Made by a program: the position numbers and the translations under genes
Notes under the pieces: model-generated
What the model was told of the DNA's origin: nothing
The model's database searches: none
What the model saw: only the letters and a program-made list of their open reading frames with translations
In this document: positions 10,469 to 21,219 of the stretch, in pieces
Position numbering within the stretch: position 1 is the first letter of the stretch
Layout: each line of letters starts with the position of its first letter
NCBI GenBank assembly: GCA_963760795.1
Contig: CAVXEP010000019.1
Span: 128,001 to 192,000, forward strand
From: an uncultured delta proteobacterium
GTDB taxonomy: Bacteria; Desulfobacterota; Binatia; UBA9968
Reading direction: 5' to 3'
DNA: 64,000 bases

Positions 10469-10486
10469 GGCACGGCATGCCGTGCC
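10469..10486. repeat. REP-like perfect palindrome GGCACGGCATGCCGTGCC
   Basis: 18-nt self-complementary sequence in an intergenic region. Confidence 0.5.
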
Positions 10487-10553
10487 GTAATCGTATCGTC
10501 ATGCCGGCTCTTGTGTGAATCAGGCGGGTGGAAAATGAAAACGGATTTCTTTT

Positions 10554-10622
10554 AACACGAGAGATCACGAAGGACACGAAGGGTTCGGATGAACCGAAAA
10601 TTCCGAACTTCGTGCTCTTCGC
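10554..10622. repeat. intergenic palindromic element (CACGAAG family), copy 2
   Basis: cacgaaggacacgaag-ggttcgga...tccgaac-ttcgtgctcttcg. Confidence 0.6.
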
Positions 10623-10694
10623 AGATCCATTCGCGGTCGCAGAAAATTGTAATTTTCAATAGCTCGGCACGCAATCCCCTATTTTATCGGCCAG

Positions 10695-11736
10695 ATGGAT
10701 CTCAAAGAATTCGATTACCGGTTGCCCGAGTCGTTGATCGCGGCGTTTCCCAGCCGGGAGCGCACGGGCTCTCGGTTGTTAGTCATACGCCGCGCCACCG
10801 GCGAAATCATTCATAGCGTGTTTGCCGAGCTTGGCAGCTTTCTCGATGCCGGCGATCTTCTGGTGCTCAACGACGCCAAGGTCTTTCCGGCGCGTTTGCT
10901 GTGGGACGAAGGACAGCGGCGGTAAAGTCGAAGTTCTCCTGATTGAGCGCTTTCCCGACGACGGCCGGACCTTATGGATCGCCATGGCCGACGCCGCCAA
11001 GAAGCCGCAGGTGGGGAGTCTGTTGCGCTTCGGCGCCAACATGACGGCCGAGGTGATTGGCGATCTCGGGCGCGGCCGTTATGGTTTGGAATTTCATCAC
11101 GATGGCGAGTTCGACGAGCAGTTGGAAGCCCTCGGCGAACCGCCGTTGCCGCCCTACGTGCGACGCACGCGCGATTCGGAATCCCTCGATCGCGAGCGCT
11201 ATCAAACTGTTTACGCGGCCCAACCCGGTGCCATCGCCGCGCCCACGGCGGGATTTCATTTCACCCCGGAGCTACTGGCCGAGCTTGGCGCCCAGGGCAT
11301 CGATCACACCTTGTTGACCCTGCATGTCGGGCCGGGTACTTTTCAGCCGGTGCGCGCGGCGGAAATTGAAAATCACCGCATGGAAGGGGAGCGCTACTCG
11401 CTCAGCGCGGCCAGCGCGGAAAAAATCAATCGCACTAAGCTGACCGGCAAAAGAGTTGTCGCCGTCGGCTCCACCAGCACGCGCACGTTGGAATGGATCG
11501 CTTTGCAGAAGGGCGAGCTGGTCGCCGACGAGGGCATCGCCAGGCTGTACCTGCGCCCGGGCGACAAGTTTCGCGTGCTCGACGCCCTGATCACCAACTT
11601 TCACCTGCCCGGTTCGACACCGCTGATTCTCGTCGCCGCGTTCGCCGGTCTCGACCTGGTAAGGCGCGCTTATCGCGAAGCGATCGAGCGACAGTATCGA
11701 TTTTACAGTTACGGCGACGCAATGCTCATCTTATGA
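10695..11736 (+). CDS. queA: S-adenosylmethionine:tRNA ribosyltransferase-isomerase (indel near 10900)
   Basis: FDYRLPESLIA/LVLNDAKVFPARL joins PLPPYV, RYQTVYA, AAPTAGFHF, TNFHLP and YRFYSYGDAM. Confidence 0.95.
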
Positions 11737-11857
11737 AATTTTGGATTTTCGTCTGCGGGGCCGCTTTTCGATTTTGGATTGTCGGATATCGGACTCAATG
11801 TCGCAAGAATTGCTGCGATGGCGATTCAGCCAATCCACCAATCCAAAATCCAAAATA
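11735..11857. repeat. inverted heptamer-repeat hairpin (ATTTTGG / CCAAAAT) between queA and tgt
   Basis: attttggattttcg...ttttggatt on the left and aatccaccaatccaaaatccaaaat on the right. Confidence 0.6.
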
Positions 11858-11862
11858 GGTTG

Positions 11863-12972
11863 ATGGGCAATCATTTCACACTAATCAAGAATGACACGAG
11901 CACCAAGGCCCGCCTCGGTCGCCTAACCACGCCGCATGGGGTGGTCGAAACGCCTTGCTTCATGCCGGTGGGGACGCAGGGCACGGTCAAGGCGGTGTTG
12001 CCGCGGGATTTGCATGAGTTGGGGTGTCAGATCCTGCTCGGCAATACGTACCATCTGTATTTGCGTCCCGGTCATGAGCGGATTCGCCAGTTGGGCGGGC
12101 TGCATCGCTTCATGAACTGGCCGGGGCCGATCTTGACCGATAGCGGCGGCTATCAGGTGTTCAGCCTCGGCGCCATGCGCAAGATCACCGAGGATGGCGC
12201 GCGCTTTCAATCGCATATCGACGGCTCGTCCCATCTGCTGACGCCGGAAAAGGCGGTGGAGATTCAGGAAGCTTTGGGCAGCGACATTGCGATGGTGTTG
12301 GACGAGTGCATCCCGCACGACGCGGCACGCAGCTATGTGCGCGAGTCGACGGAGCGGACGATCCGCTGGGCCGAGCGTTGTTTGAATGCGCGCCATCGGC
12401 CGGCGCAGTTGATGTTCGCCATCGTTCAGGGCGGCATGTTCGAAGACCTGCGGCGCGCTTGCGTCGACGCGCTGTCGGTGATGGCATTCGACGGCTTTGC
12501 CGTCGGCGGCCTCGGTGTCGGCGAGGGTGAAGAAAAGCTCAATACCGTCGGCGCGTTCACGGTAGACTTATTGCCCGAGGATAAACCGCGTTACTTGATG
12601 GGCGTCGGCCGGCCGCAGGATATCATTCACGCCGTGCGCGCCGGCTTCGATATGTTCGATTGCGTGATCCCGACCCGCAACGGCCGCAACGGCACGTTGT
12701 TTACCTGGCAAGGCAAAGTCAGCATCAAACGCGCCGAGTTTGCCGACGATGCGCGGCCGCTGGACGAGAACTGCGGCTGTTATAGCTGCGCCAACTTCTC
12801 GCGCGCCTACCTGCGCCATCTGTTCATGGCCGGCGAGATCCTCTCGGCGCAGCTAAATTCGCTGCACAATCTTTACTTTTACCATCGCCTCATGGATAAG
12901 TGTCGGGAAGCGATTCGCGACGGGCGCCCGGAGCTATGGGCCGAGCTCGTCAAGTTCGCCGAAGCTTCATAA
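11863..12972 (+). CDS. tgt: tRNA-guanine transglycosylase
   Basis: FMPVGT, NTYHL, DSGGYQVFSL, LDEC, RYLMGVG, FDCVIPTR and the CGCYSC zinc site. Confidence 0.97.
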   Translation: MGNHFTLIKNDTSTKARLGRLTTPHGVVETPCFMPVGTQGTVKAVLPRDLHELGCQILLGNTYHLYLRPGHERIRQLGGLHRFMNWPGPILTDSGGYQVFSLGAMRKITEDGARFQSHIDGSSHLLTPEKAVEIQEALGSDIAMVLDECIPHDAARSYVRESTERTIRWAERCLNARHRPAQLMFAIVQGGMFEDLRRACVDALSVMAFDGFAVGGLGVGEGEEKLNTVGAFTVDLLPEDKPRYLMGVGRPQDIIHAVRAGFDMFDCVIPTRNGRNGTLFTWQGKVSIKRAEFADDARPLDENCGCYSCANFSRAYLRHLFMAGEILSAQLNSLHNLYFYHRLMDKCREAIRDGRPELWAELVKFAEAS

Positions 12973-12993
12973 GAAAACCCTTGAGGAGGAATT

Positions 12994-13329
12994 ATGGTCG
13001 ATTTTGCTTACGCCCAGGCGGCGCCGGGCGCTGCCGGACCGGGACCGTTGATGACGATATTCCCGTTCATCATTATTCTCGTCATCATGTATTTCATGGT
13101 GTTTCGGCCGCAGCAGAAGAAGCAGAAAGAGCACCAGGAGATGCTCAATAAGATAAAAAGAAACGACGAGGTGATGACCTCCGGGGGAATTTACGGTAAG
13201 GTGACCGAAATCAAAGATCAGGTGGTGACCCTCGAAGTTGCGCCGAACGTGCGTATCCGCGTGAATCGTCCGCAGATCTCTGCCGTTATTACCGCCGACA
13301 AGGCATCAGCCAAAGACGGAAAGGATTAA
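12994..13329 (+). CDS. yajC: preprotein translocase subunit YajC
   Basis: YFMVFRPQQKKQK and VMTSGGIYG; position in tgt-yajC-secDF. Confidence 0.95.
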   Translation: MVDFAYAQAAPGAAGPGPLMTIFPFIIILVIMYFMVFRPQQKKQKEHQEMLNKIKRNDEVMTSGGIYGKVTEIKDQVVTLEVAPNVRIRVNRPQISAVITADKASAKDGKD

Positions 13330-13333
13330 TCGA

Positions 13334-14963
13334 ATGCGACGGGGTGTTCTTACCCGAGTGATTATTTTCTCGGTTCTGGCTCTGTTGTCGGTGCTCTTTC
13401 TCGCGCCTAACTTTCTCGGCAAAAAAGATAGTACCGGCAAGACCGAAATGCCCAACTGGTGGCCTGATTTCTTGCCGTCGGATGCGATTCATCTCGGCCT
13501 CGATCTGCAAGGCGGCAGCCATCTGGTGCTCGAAGTGAAGCTCGACAAAGCGATCGAGAATCACATGGAGCGTTTGAAGAGCGATCTCACCAACAGTATT
13601 CGCGACAAGGGAATTTCGGGGGTATCGGTGGAGCGCGTCGAAGGCACGCAGCTGCAAATCAAGGCGGCGACCGCGAGCGTCGACCGCGTGCGCAGCATCC
13701 TCAAAGCCGATTTCGCTAACTTGTCCGAGGCCAAGACGCCGCAGACGAGCGCCACCGGGACCGATTTCTTCATGACGCTCAACCGTGAAGAGAGCTCGCG
13801 CGTTGCGCGATTATATCGTCGATCAATCGCTCGAAACCATCCGCAACCGCATCGACCAGTTCGGCGTCAGCGAGCCGGTGATTCAGCGCCAGGGGCTCAA
13901 CAATATTCTCGTCCAACTTCCCGGCATACAAGATCCGCAGCGGGCCAAGGATATCATCGGCAAGACCGCGCTTTTGGAGTTCAAGTTGGTCGACGACAAC
14001 GTCAATCCGGAAGATGCGGTGAAGAGCGGCGCGCCGCCAGGGCGGCAGGTGCTCTTCGGCCAGGTCGGTAAAGGCCTCGCCGGTGCAAGCCCGGCAAAAG
14101 TTCCCTATGTCCTGGAAGCGCGCACGCTGATGACCGGCGAATATATCAAAGACGCGCGGGTGCGTCCCGGCGAGCAGCTGCAAGGCCCCTATGTCGAACT
14201 CATTCTCAACGACCAGGGCGGGCGGCTATTCGAACAGATCACCGCGGCTAACGTGAAGCGGCGCATGGCCATCGTGCTCGACAACAATGTCTACTCGGCG
14301 CCGGTGATCCAGGAGCGCATCGGCGGCGGCCGGGCCTCGATCACCGGCAGCTTCGACATCAAGGAAGCGCGCGATCTATCGATCGTTCTGCGCGCCGGCG
14401 CGCTGCCGGCGCCGGTGGAGATCGTCGAAGAACGCACGGTCGGGCCTTCGTTGGGGCGCGACTCGATCACTCAGGGCCTGACTTCGTTTGTCGTTGGCGG
14501 CGCGTTGGTGGTCCTGTTCATGATCGCTTACTACAAGGGCGCCGGCTTGGTCGCTGACGTGGCGCTGGTCTTCAACGTCTTGTTCATGGTTGCCATCCTC
14601 GCCGGTTTCCAAGCGGTATTGACGCTCCCGGGCATCGCTGGAATTGTCTTGACCCTCGGCATGGCTGTGGATGCCAACGTGCTCATCAACGAACGCATAC
14701 GCGAGGAGATACGCGCCGGCCGAGCGGTACGCTCGGCCATCGAGGCGGGCTATCAAAACGCCTTGCCGGCGATCTTGGACTCCAACATTACGACGTTTCT
14801 TTCGGGTGTGATTCTCTTTCAGTTCGGCACCGGGCCGATCAAAGGTTTCGCCGTGACGCTTTGCGTCGGCATCTTGACCACGGTGATCACGGCGGTTTAT
14901 TTGACTCGTATCTATTACGACTATCGCATCGGCGCGCGCCGGCTGGAGCGCATCAGCATCTAA
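13334..14963 (+). CDS. secD: protein translocase subunit SecD (indel near 13790)
   Basis: LGLDLQGG, IRNRIDQFGVSEP, LRAGALPAP, ERTVGPSLG and VDANVLINERIREE. Confidence 0.95.
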
Positions 14964-14971
14964 GGGAAGCA

Positions 14972-15896
14972 ATGGAAATCATCAAGCCTGGCAGTAAGAT
15001 TCCGTTTACTCGTTATCGCAAAATCGCTCTGATCGCTTCGACGACCGTCAACCTGGCGGTGCTGGCCTTTCTCTTCTTCAAGGGGCCGAATCTGGGCGTC
15101 GACTTCGCCGGCGGCACGATGGTGCAGTTGAAGTTTCAACAGAGGACGACGATCCCGGATATCCGCCAAGCCTTGGAGACGATCGATCTCGGCGGCAGCA
15201 CGATTCAAGAATTTGGCCAGGAAGGCGCCTTCGAATTTCTCGTCCGCGTGGAAAAGGTCGGGGTCGAGGTCGCCGCGCTGGGCGATCAGATGAAAAAGGC
15301 GCTAACGGCAAAGTTCGGCGCCGATAAAGTTCGAGATCCGCCGGGTCGAATTCGTCGGCCCGAAGATCGGCGAGGATCTGCGCTGGCGCGGCACGCTTTC
15401 GGTGATCGCCTCGACGGCCATGATGGGCGTGTATATCTGGATTCGCTTCGCCTCGGCGTTCGGTGCGAAGTTCGGTCTGCATTTCGGTCTGGGCGCGGTG
15501 ATCGCCTTGATCCATGACGTGTTGGTGACCGTCGGCGCCTTGATGCTGGCCAACTACGAATTCGATTTGACCGTGGTCGCGGCGTTGCTGACCATCGTCG
15601 GTTTCTCGGTCAACGATACGGTGGTTATCTGCGATCGTATCCGCGAGAACTTGCGCAAGATCCGGCGCGAAAGTTTGGAAAGTATCATCAATACCAGCTT
15701 AAACGAGACTCTGAGCCGGACGATACTGACCACCGGTACGGCTTTATTAGTCTTGTTGGCGCTCTACCTGCTCGGCGGCGCGGTGATCCGGCCCTTCGCT
15801 TTTGCGCTATTGGTGGGCTTTATCTCCGGCGTGTATTCGACAATTTTCATCGCCAGCCCGGTCATTCTTTTGTGGGAGAAGTCGTTTAGGAGATAG
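14972..15896 (+). CDS. secF: protein translocase subunit SecF (indel near 15327)
   Basis: LGVDFAGG, EFVGPKIG in the shifted frame, ALIHDV, GFSVNDTVVICDRIREN and TLSRTILT. Confidence 0.95.
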
Positions 15897-15923
15897 CAGC
15901 AACCAAGGAAGATAAAGATAGTT

Positions 15924-16052
15924 TTCACCACGAAGACATGGTCGACAGACTCACCACAGTCTCCGGTCACGACAGGTTTCGGAAAATTTGTTCCGAACTT
16001 CGTGACTCTCTTCGACTTTGCTCAGGACATGCTTCGTGTCCTTCGTGGTGAG
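15924..16052. repeat. intergenic palindromic element (CACCACGAAG family), copy 3
   Basis: tcaccacgaagac...ttcggaaaatttgttccgaa...cttcgtgtccttcgtggtga. Confidence 0.6.
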
Positions 16053-16083
16053 ATGGGATTTTTCATCGTACTCGTAACCTTCC

Positions 16084-17807
16084 ATGCCGCATGATCTTGC
16101 CAAGCGTTGGCGCTTGAAACCGAGCGATGAAGCGACGGTCAAGCGCTTCGCCGAAGAACTCAAGCTTTCGCCGCTGATCGCGCGCATCCTGACCTTGCGC
16201 GGCTTTACCGACAACGACGCGACCCGCTGCTACCTGTCATCGAGTTTACGTTCGGATTTGCCGTCGCCCTTCGAGATGGCGGATATGGACGCGGCGGTGG
16301 ATCGCATCGTCGCCGCCGTGACAAGCGATGAACAGATCGGCATCTGGGGCGATTACGATGTCGACGGCACCACCGGGGCGTCGGTGCTGGTGTCGTTTTT
16401 GCGCGAGATCGGCGCTAAGCCGTTCTACCATGTGCCCCATCGCATCGAAGAGGGTTACGGTCTCAACGTCGAAGGCTTAAAAGCGCTCAAGGATCGCGGC
16501 GCCGGCCTGGTGATCACCGTCGACTGTGGCATTTCCAACGCCAAAGAAGTTGCCGCCGCCAATGGCTTCGGCCTCGATCTCGTCGTCGTCGATCATCATC
16601 AACCGCCGGAAGAGCTGCCGCCGGCGGTGGCGGTGGTGAATCCGCACCGCAAGGATTGCCGTTTCCCCGACAAAGGCATGTGCGCCGCCGGCTTGGCTTT
16701 CTACCTGGTCATTGGCCTGCGCGCCAAGTTGCGCGAAGCGGGCTGGTTCAAGCACGGCGCCGCTCCCGATATTCGCCATTTCCTCGACATCGTCACACTC
16801 GGCACCATCGCCGACATGGTGCCGCTCAGGGGCGTCAACCGGACGTTGATCAAGCGCGGGCTCACCGAGTTGGGGATTTCTTCGCGGCCCGGCGTGGTCG
16901 CGCTTAAAAAAGTCGCCGGGATTCCTGACGGCGATGTCACCGCCGGGCAGGTAGGCTTTCGCTTGGGGCCGCGCATCAATGCCGCGGGGAGGGTGGATTA
17001 CGGCATCAAAGTCGTCGAGCTGCTTACTACCGATTCCGCTGAAATCGCCCAGCGCATCGCTCAAGAGTTGGAGGAGCATAACCTCGAACGGCGCGCCATC
17101 GAAGCGGAAGTACAGCAGCATGCCCTGGCGCAGGCCGAAGCGGCGGTTGCCGCCGGTAACCGCCACTCGCTGGTCTTGGCCGGCGAAGGCTGGCATCCCG
17201 GCGTGCTCGGCATCGTCGCGTCGCGGGTGGTCGAGCGCTTCTATCGCCCGACGGTGGTGATCGGATTCAATGACGGCGTCGGCAAGGGCTCGGCGCGCAG
17301 CATCCGCGGCTTTCATATGGTCGAGGCGTTTCACGCCTGCGCCGATCATTTAGATAAATTCGGCGGTCATGAGTTCGCCGGCGGCTTGTCGATCCGGCCG
17401 GAGCAGTTGGCGCCGTTCGCCGAAGCTTTCGAGCAGGCGGCGCGCCGAACTCTCTCCGCCGAACAACTGTCGCCGCTGTTGGAGATCGATGCGCAGTTGG
17501 ATTTCTCGCAGTTAACTTTGCCGTTGATGCGCGAACTGGAAGTCATGCAGCCCTTTGGCGTCGGCAATCCGGAGCCGGTGTTCACCACCGTTAACGCGGA
17601 AATTTGCGAGCGCAAAGTGTTTTCCGCCGGCGTGCGCTTCCGGTTGCGCCAGGCGGGCAAAGTGGTCAGCGGCGTGATTTTCGGCGTCGGCGATGAATAC
17701 CCCGGACAGCCCGGCGAGAGCATCGACGTGGCTTATCGTTGGCGGAAAACGAATGGAATGGCACCAGCGTGGAGTTGAAGATCGCCGATATGCGGTTGGC
17801 GAAATAG
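16084..17807 (+). CDS. recJ: single-stranded DNA exonuclease RecJ (indel near 17740)
   Basis: GDYDVDG, EGYG, ITVDCG, VDHH, GTIADMV, PRINAAGR, GSARS and FGGH; C-terminus ENEWNG in the shifted frame. Confidence 0.95.
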
Positions 17808-17829
17808 GCGATAGTGGCGAAGGCGGTGA

Positions 17830-18110
17830 ATGAAAATGTTTAACGCGATCATGATCAGCACATGTTTAATGCTGCATTCGTCCAAGTGGCGTTCGCCGCC
17901 GAGCCTGGCGGCAAGCCGGAAAAGCGGACGTCGTGGTCACCTACGCGCAGCCGAGCGGCGCGTTTACGCCGATCTGGGTGGCCTATGAAGCGGGGCTGTT
18001 CAAGAAGTATGAAAAAGAATTTCCCAAAGTGAAAAACGCCGATCCCAAAGAGTTCTGACGATAATTCTTTCGTCGACGCCTTGACCAAGTCAGGCTTCTG
18101 AAAAATCTGC
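17830..18110 (+). pseudogene. internally deleted NitT/TauT solute-binding protein remnant
   Basis: N-terminal TYAQPSGAFTPIWVAYEAGLFKKY abuts C-terminal EFPKVKNADPKEF..DNSFVDALTKSGF. Confidence 0.6.
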
Positions 18111-18164
18111 GGCATGAAGTAGCCCGGACGCCAACTGCCGAACCGACAACGGGGAAGTCCAACC

Positions 18165-18868
18165 ATGGGAATTCAAAGCCGCAGGGATATCGTTTATCTG
18201 GCGCTGGCCGGCTTCTTCGTCACCAATGCGATCCTCGGCGAACTGACCGGCGGCAAGCTCTTTACCTTCGGTCCGTTTACCTTGAGCATCGGCGTGATTC
18301 CCTGGCCGGTGGTGTTCATCGCCACCGATTTGATCAACGAATACTTTGGCCGGGAAGGGGTAAGGCGGCTGACGTTCATGACCATCGGACTGATCGTTTA
18401 CGCTTTCGTCGTCTTGTTTCTCGCCATGCAGGTTCCCGCGGCGTCCTTCTCTCCCGGTGACCGACGCGCAGTTCCAGGCTGTGTTCGGCCAGTCGCTGTG
18501 GATTATTGTCGGCAGCGTCATCGCCTTCGCGTGAGCCAACTGGTCGATGTCTTCATTTTCTGGCTGGTGCGCCACAAGACCGGCGGCAGATATCTGTGGA
18601 TGCGCGCTACGGGCTCGACTGTAGTCTCGCAGCTGATCGACAGCATCGTCATCATCGGCATCGCCTTTTGGCTGCCGGGCAAGAGTGCAAGACCGCGGAA
18701 TTCCTCACGGTGGCGGCATCGAACTATTCCTTCAAACTGATCGTCGCGCTCAGCGTCACGCCGCTGCTCTACGCCGGCCACGCCGCCATCGATCGCTACT
18801 TGGGCAAGGAAGAGGCGCATCAGTTGATCGAGCAGTCGGCTAAGGTGAGTGAAGAAGGAGTGCTGTAA
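18165..18868 (+). CDS. queuosine precursor transporter, YhhQ/VUT family (two indels)
   Basis: KLF, FIATDLINEYFG, SQLVDV and LWMRATGSTVVSQLIDS; close to queA/tgt. Confidence 0.85.
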
Positions 18869-18938
18869 CGCGCATCGTGGCCGCTTGGTTGGTCGACTTT
18901 GGCGAAGTATAATTCGGACTTGATCCAATCGAAAAGGC

Positions 18939-18960
18939 AGCGCGGACATTCCTGTCCGCG
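18939..18960. repeat. REP-like palindrome GCGCGGACATTCCTGTCCGCG
   Basis: cgcggaca/tgtccgcg stem in an intergenic region. Confidence 0.5.
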
Positions 18961-19188
18961 TTGTTGGTCCGGACGAGAACCTTGAGTGTCTCGCCGGTGA
19001 ACCTTGAACCGGCGCTCTTGCCTGCCGCCATTTTTATCCGCATCTATTCTTTCCCAGCACGCCGAGATCCGGACTTTTATTCTTTTCAAAGTTGTCCAAT
19101 ATTGGACAGCAATCTGTTCCAAGCCAGGTTACGTTAAACAGGATGGGTTGAAAAACCTATGGGATTTTCGAGATCTGTAATGGCGCGC

Positions 19189-19285
19189 AAGAGGTAGAAG
19201 ACCGGGCCACCTAGACAGCGGTGACACGGACTTCGGTTCCGGTTCGACGGCGAATGTATTTCCCCGGTTCTGCCCCCTTCCTCTT
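19189..19285 (+). ncRNA. candidate structured leader RNA
   Basis: outer pairing aagagg..agaccggg / cccggttct..cctctt and an inner cUUCGg tetraloop stem; family not recognised. Confidence 0.3.
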
Positions 19286-19325
19286 CCAAGATTCACAGGC
19301 CATCGGAGCCTGAGATGGAGAGTTT

Positions 19326-19943
19326 ATGCATCCTATAATATTGGTCGCCATTCCCTTGGGGTTGGTGATTCTGGGTATGATACTGAACAGCATGGACCTC
19401 GGCTTCAGTCAACCGCCGAGTTCGACGGAACAAGATCCGGTCAAGAAACTCACGGCGGAAAAGGAGTCTTACCGCAAATTCTTCGATCTCCAGAGAAGCC
19501 GGTCGGTGACGCGCCAGAAACGGGTCGGCCAGTATGGCTGGTTGGTGATGGTTGCCTTTATCGGCGCCTTCATCTGGCTCTACGCCGATACCGTGAACAA
19601 GACGAGCCTTTCGACGCGCATCGCCGGGCTGCAAACATTGGCCACCGAAGAGGGCAAACAGATGGTGCTCTCGGTGACCCTAAGCGACGGCAACAATGTC
19701 AAATACCTGATCAAACTGCCCGAGGCCGGCAAAGCACAGGTCGCCACGGGAGAAGCGGTTAAGTTAGAAAAGGTCTCATCGTGGGAGATCGAAAGATTGG
19801 GCACGGCACTCAGCACCGGCGATAATCCCTTGACGCTCGGCGTCGCGCTGAAGCTTTCCCAGCTCGCCGTCGATCCAAATAGCCGCGAGATTTCCCCAGT
19901 CCCCAAATCAGACCTGAGGCGCGCCCGATCGCGCCTCAGGTGA
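19326..19943 (+). CDS. hypothetical membrane protein (2 TM)
   Basis: RBS GGAGAG, two hydrophobic segments, host-like codon usage. Confidence 0.7.
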   Translation: MHPIILVAIPLGLVILGMILNSMDLGFSQPPSSTEQDPVKKLTAEKESYRKFFDLQRSRSVTRQKRVGQYGWLVMVAFIGAFIWLYADTVNKTSLSTRIAGLQTLATEEGKQMVLSVTLSDGNNVKYLIKLPEAGKAQVATGEAVKLEKVSSWEIERLGTALSTGDNPLTLGVALKLSQLAVDPNSREISPVPKSDLRRARSRLR

Positions 19944-20418
19944 TTGCCATTTATTCTACGTTCCGAAATTCCGGAAAGTTATATTTCCCCTCCGAATCCG
20001 TCGTTGAACTTTTGAACCGTTGAACCTTTGAACGGGCCGGTCTTTAAATGTTTTGAGCGAAGTGCAGTGATTGAACGTCTGCAACGAAAACAATCGCCTC
20101 GACCCCACGCAACTCATTCCCCGATCCGTCTACAGACCAGCTCTTTTTTATTGAAAAGCCGACGATGCGTGTGTTAGAAGCAGTCCGTGCCGCGAATTAT
20201 TGCTGCAAAACAAAATACCGTGCTCGTGATCGTAACTGCTCAATCGTTCGTGAATGATTGAATCGGCAAAGACCATTCGGAACAGCCTAGCTTTATTATC
20301 GCCAAGAAAGCCTCTTGGGGCCAGGTTTAGTATTGATTCCAATCAGCTAGAGGGACGGTAGGCCTATCGATTGTTTTAATTGCATCCCACAGAAATATGC
20401 CAGGTTTAGGAGCAATGC

Positions 20419-21174
20419 GTGAATCTTATGACCGGCTCGAAAAAGGAAAACATAGACCTCATCGCGACAAAATGCCGACGGCTCGTCAAATATCTCGAAG
20501 CAAAAAATAACATCTTGCTGCTCACTACGAGCACTCGGTACAAGGAGCATCCCTGGGATATCCCAAAGACTACCGAACTCGCGCTTCGAATCAAAAAGCA
20601 TTTGAAGCCAAAAGGAAAGCATGTAACCGTGCTCGACGTTGCCAATCTCAGAATACATACCTGCGAAGGAAATATTAGCGCAAAGCGTGGCAACAATTGC
20701 GGCGTGCTCGAAGCGAAGCTGCGCGACAATGGGAAGAACCCGACGGGCCAGCATCGGTGCTGGGCCTCTATCAATAACAAGGATGACCAACTCTATAAGA
20801 TCAGCCGCGAATTATTCAAATCGCAAGCGGTGGTCTTTTTCGTCTCCGTCCGATGGGGCCAAACGAACAGCGTGTATCAGCGCCTCTTCGAACGCCTTAG
20901 CTGGATCGAGAACAGAGTTACCTCACTTGGAGAAAAGCCGATACCCCAGTTAAAGAAGCTCGAAGCCGGCATCGTCCTGTTCGGTCACAACTGGAACGAC
21001 GAACAAGTTCTGAAGACTCAGAAACAGAACTTCGAATGGTTCGGATGGAAAACCCCCGAGGCGCTTAGCTTCAACTGGCAATACACCAATGATGCGGATG
21101 AGGAATCTCCCGAGTCCTACAGTGATGCTGTTGCGGAATTCGGAGTGCTGCTACAGTTAGCGCTCCCACGCTAA
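20419..21174 (+). CDS. flavodoxin-like / NADPH-dependent FMN reductase family protein
   Basis: LLLTTSTR...KT, IHTCEG, and SQAVVFFVSVRWGQ...YQRLFERL flavodoxin-fold pattern; RBS AGGAG. Confidence 0.65.
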   Translation: MNLMTGSKKENIDLIATKCRRLVKYLEAKNNILLLTTSTRYKEHPWDIPKTTELALRIKKHLKPKGKHVTVLDVANLRIHTCEGNISAKRGNNCGVLEAKLRDNGKNPTGQHRCWASINNKDDQLYKISRELFKSQAVVFFVSVRWGQTNSVYQRLFERLSWIENRVTSLGEKPIPQLKKLEAGIVLFGHNWNDEQVLKTQKQNFEWFGWKTPEALSFNWQYTNDADEESPESYSDAVAEFGVLLQLALPR

Positions 21175-21219
21175 TCCACTAGGCGGGGCGCGGAACGAAT
21201 CGAAGAGTAGCCTGATTTT

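Noticed and set aside
10695-17807. Frameshifts in queA, secD, secF and recJ (also yhhQ, amidohydrolase, APC paralog 2, cupin, cls, metE-like) as programmed frameshifting or pseudogenes
   Set aside because: Single-base indels, often at short homopolymers, spread across conserved genes with otherwise intact motifs: typical long-read error
19201-19262. HDV-like ribozyme suggested by GGCGAATG
   Set aside because: Could not build the P1/P2/P3 nested pseudoknot
20004-20087. Possible CRISPR array
   Set aside because: Short degenerate tandem units, no unique spacers and no cas genes
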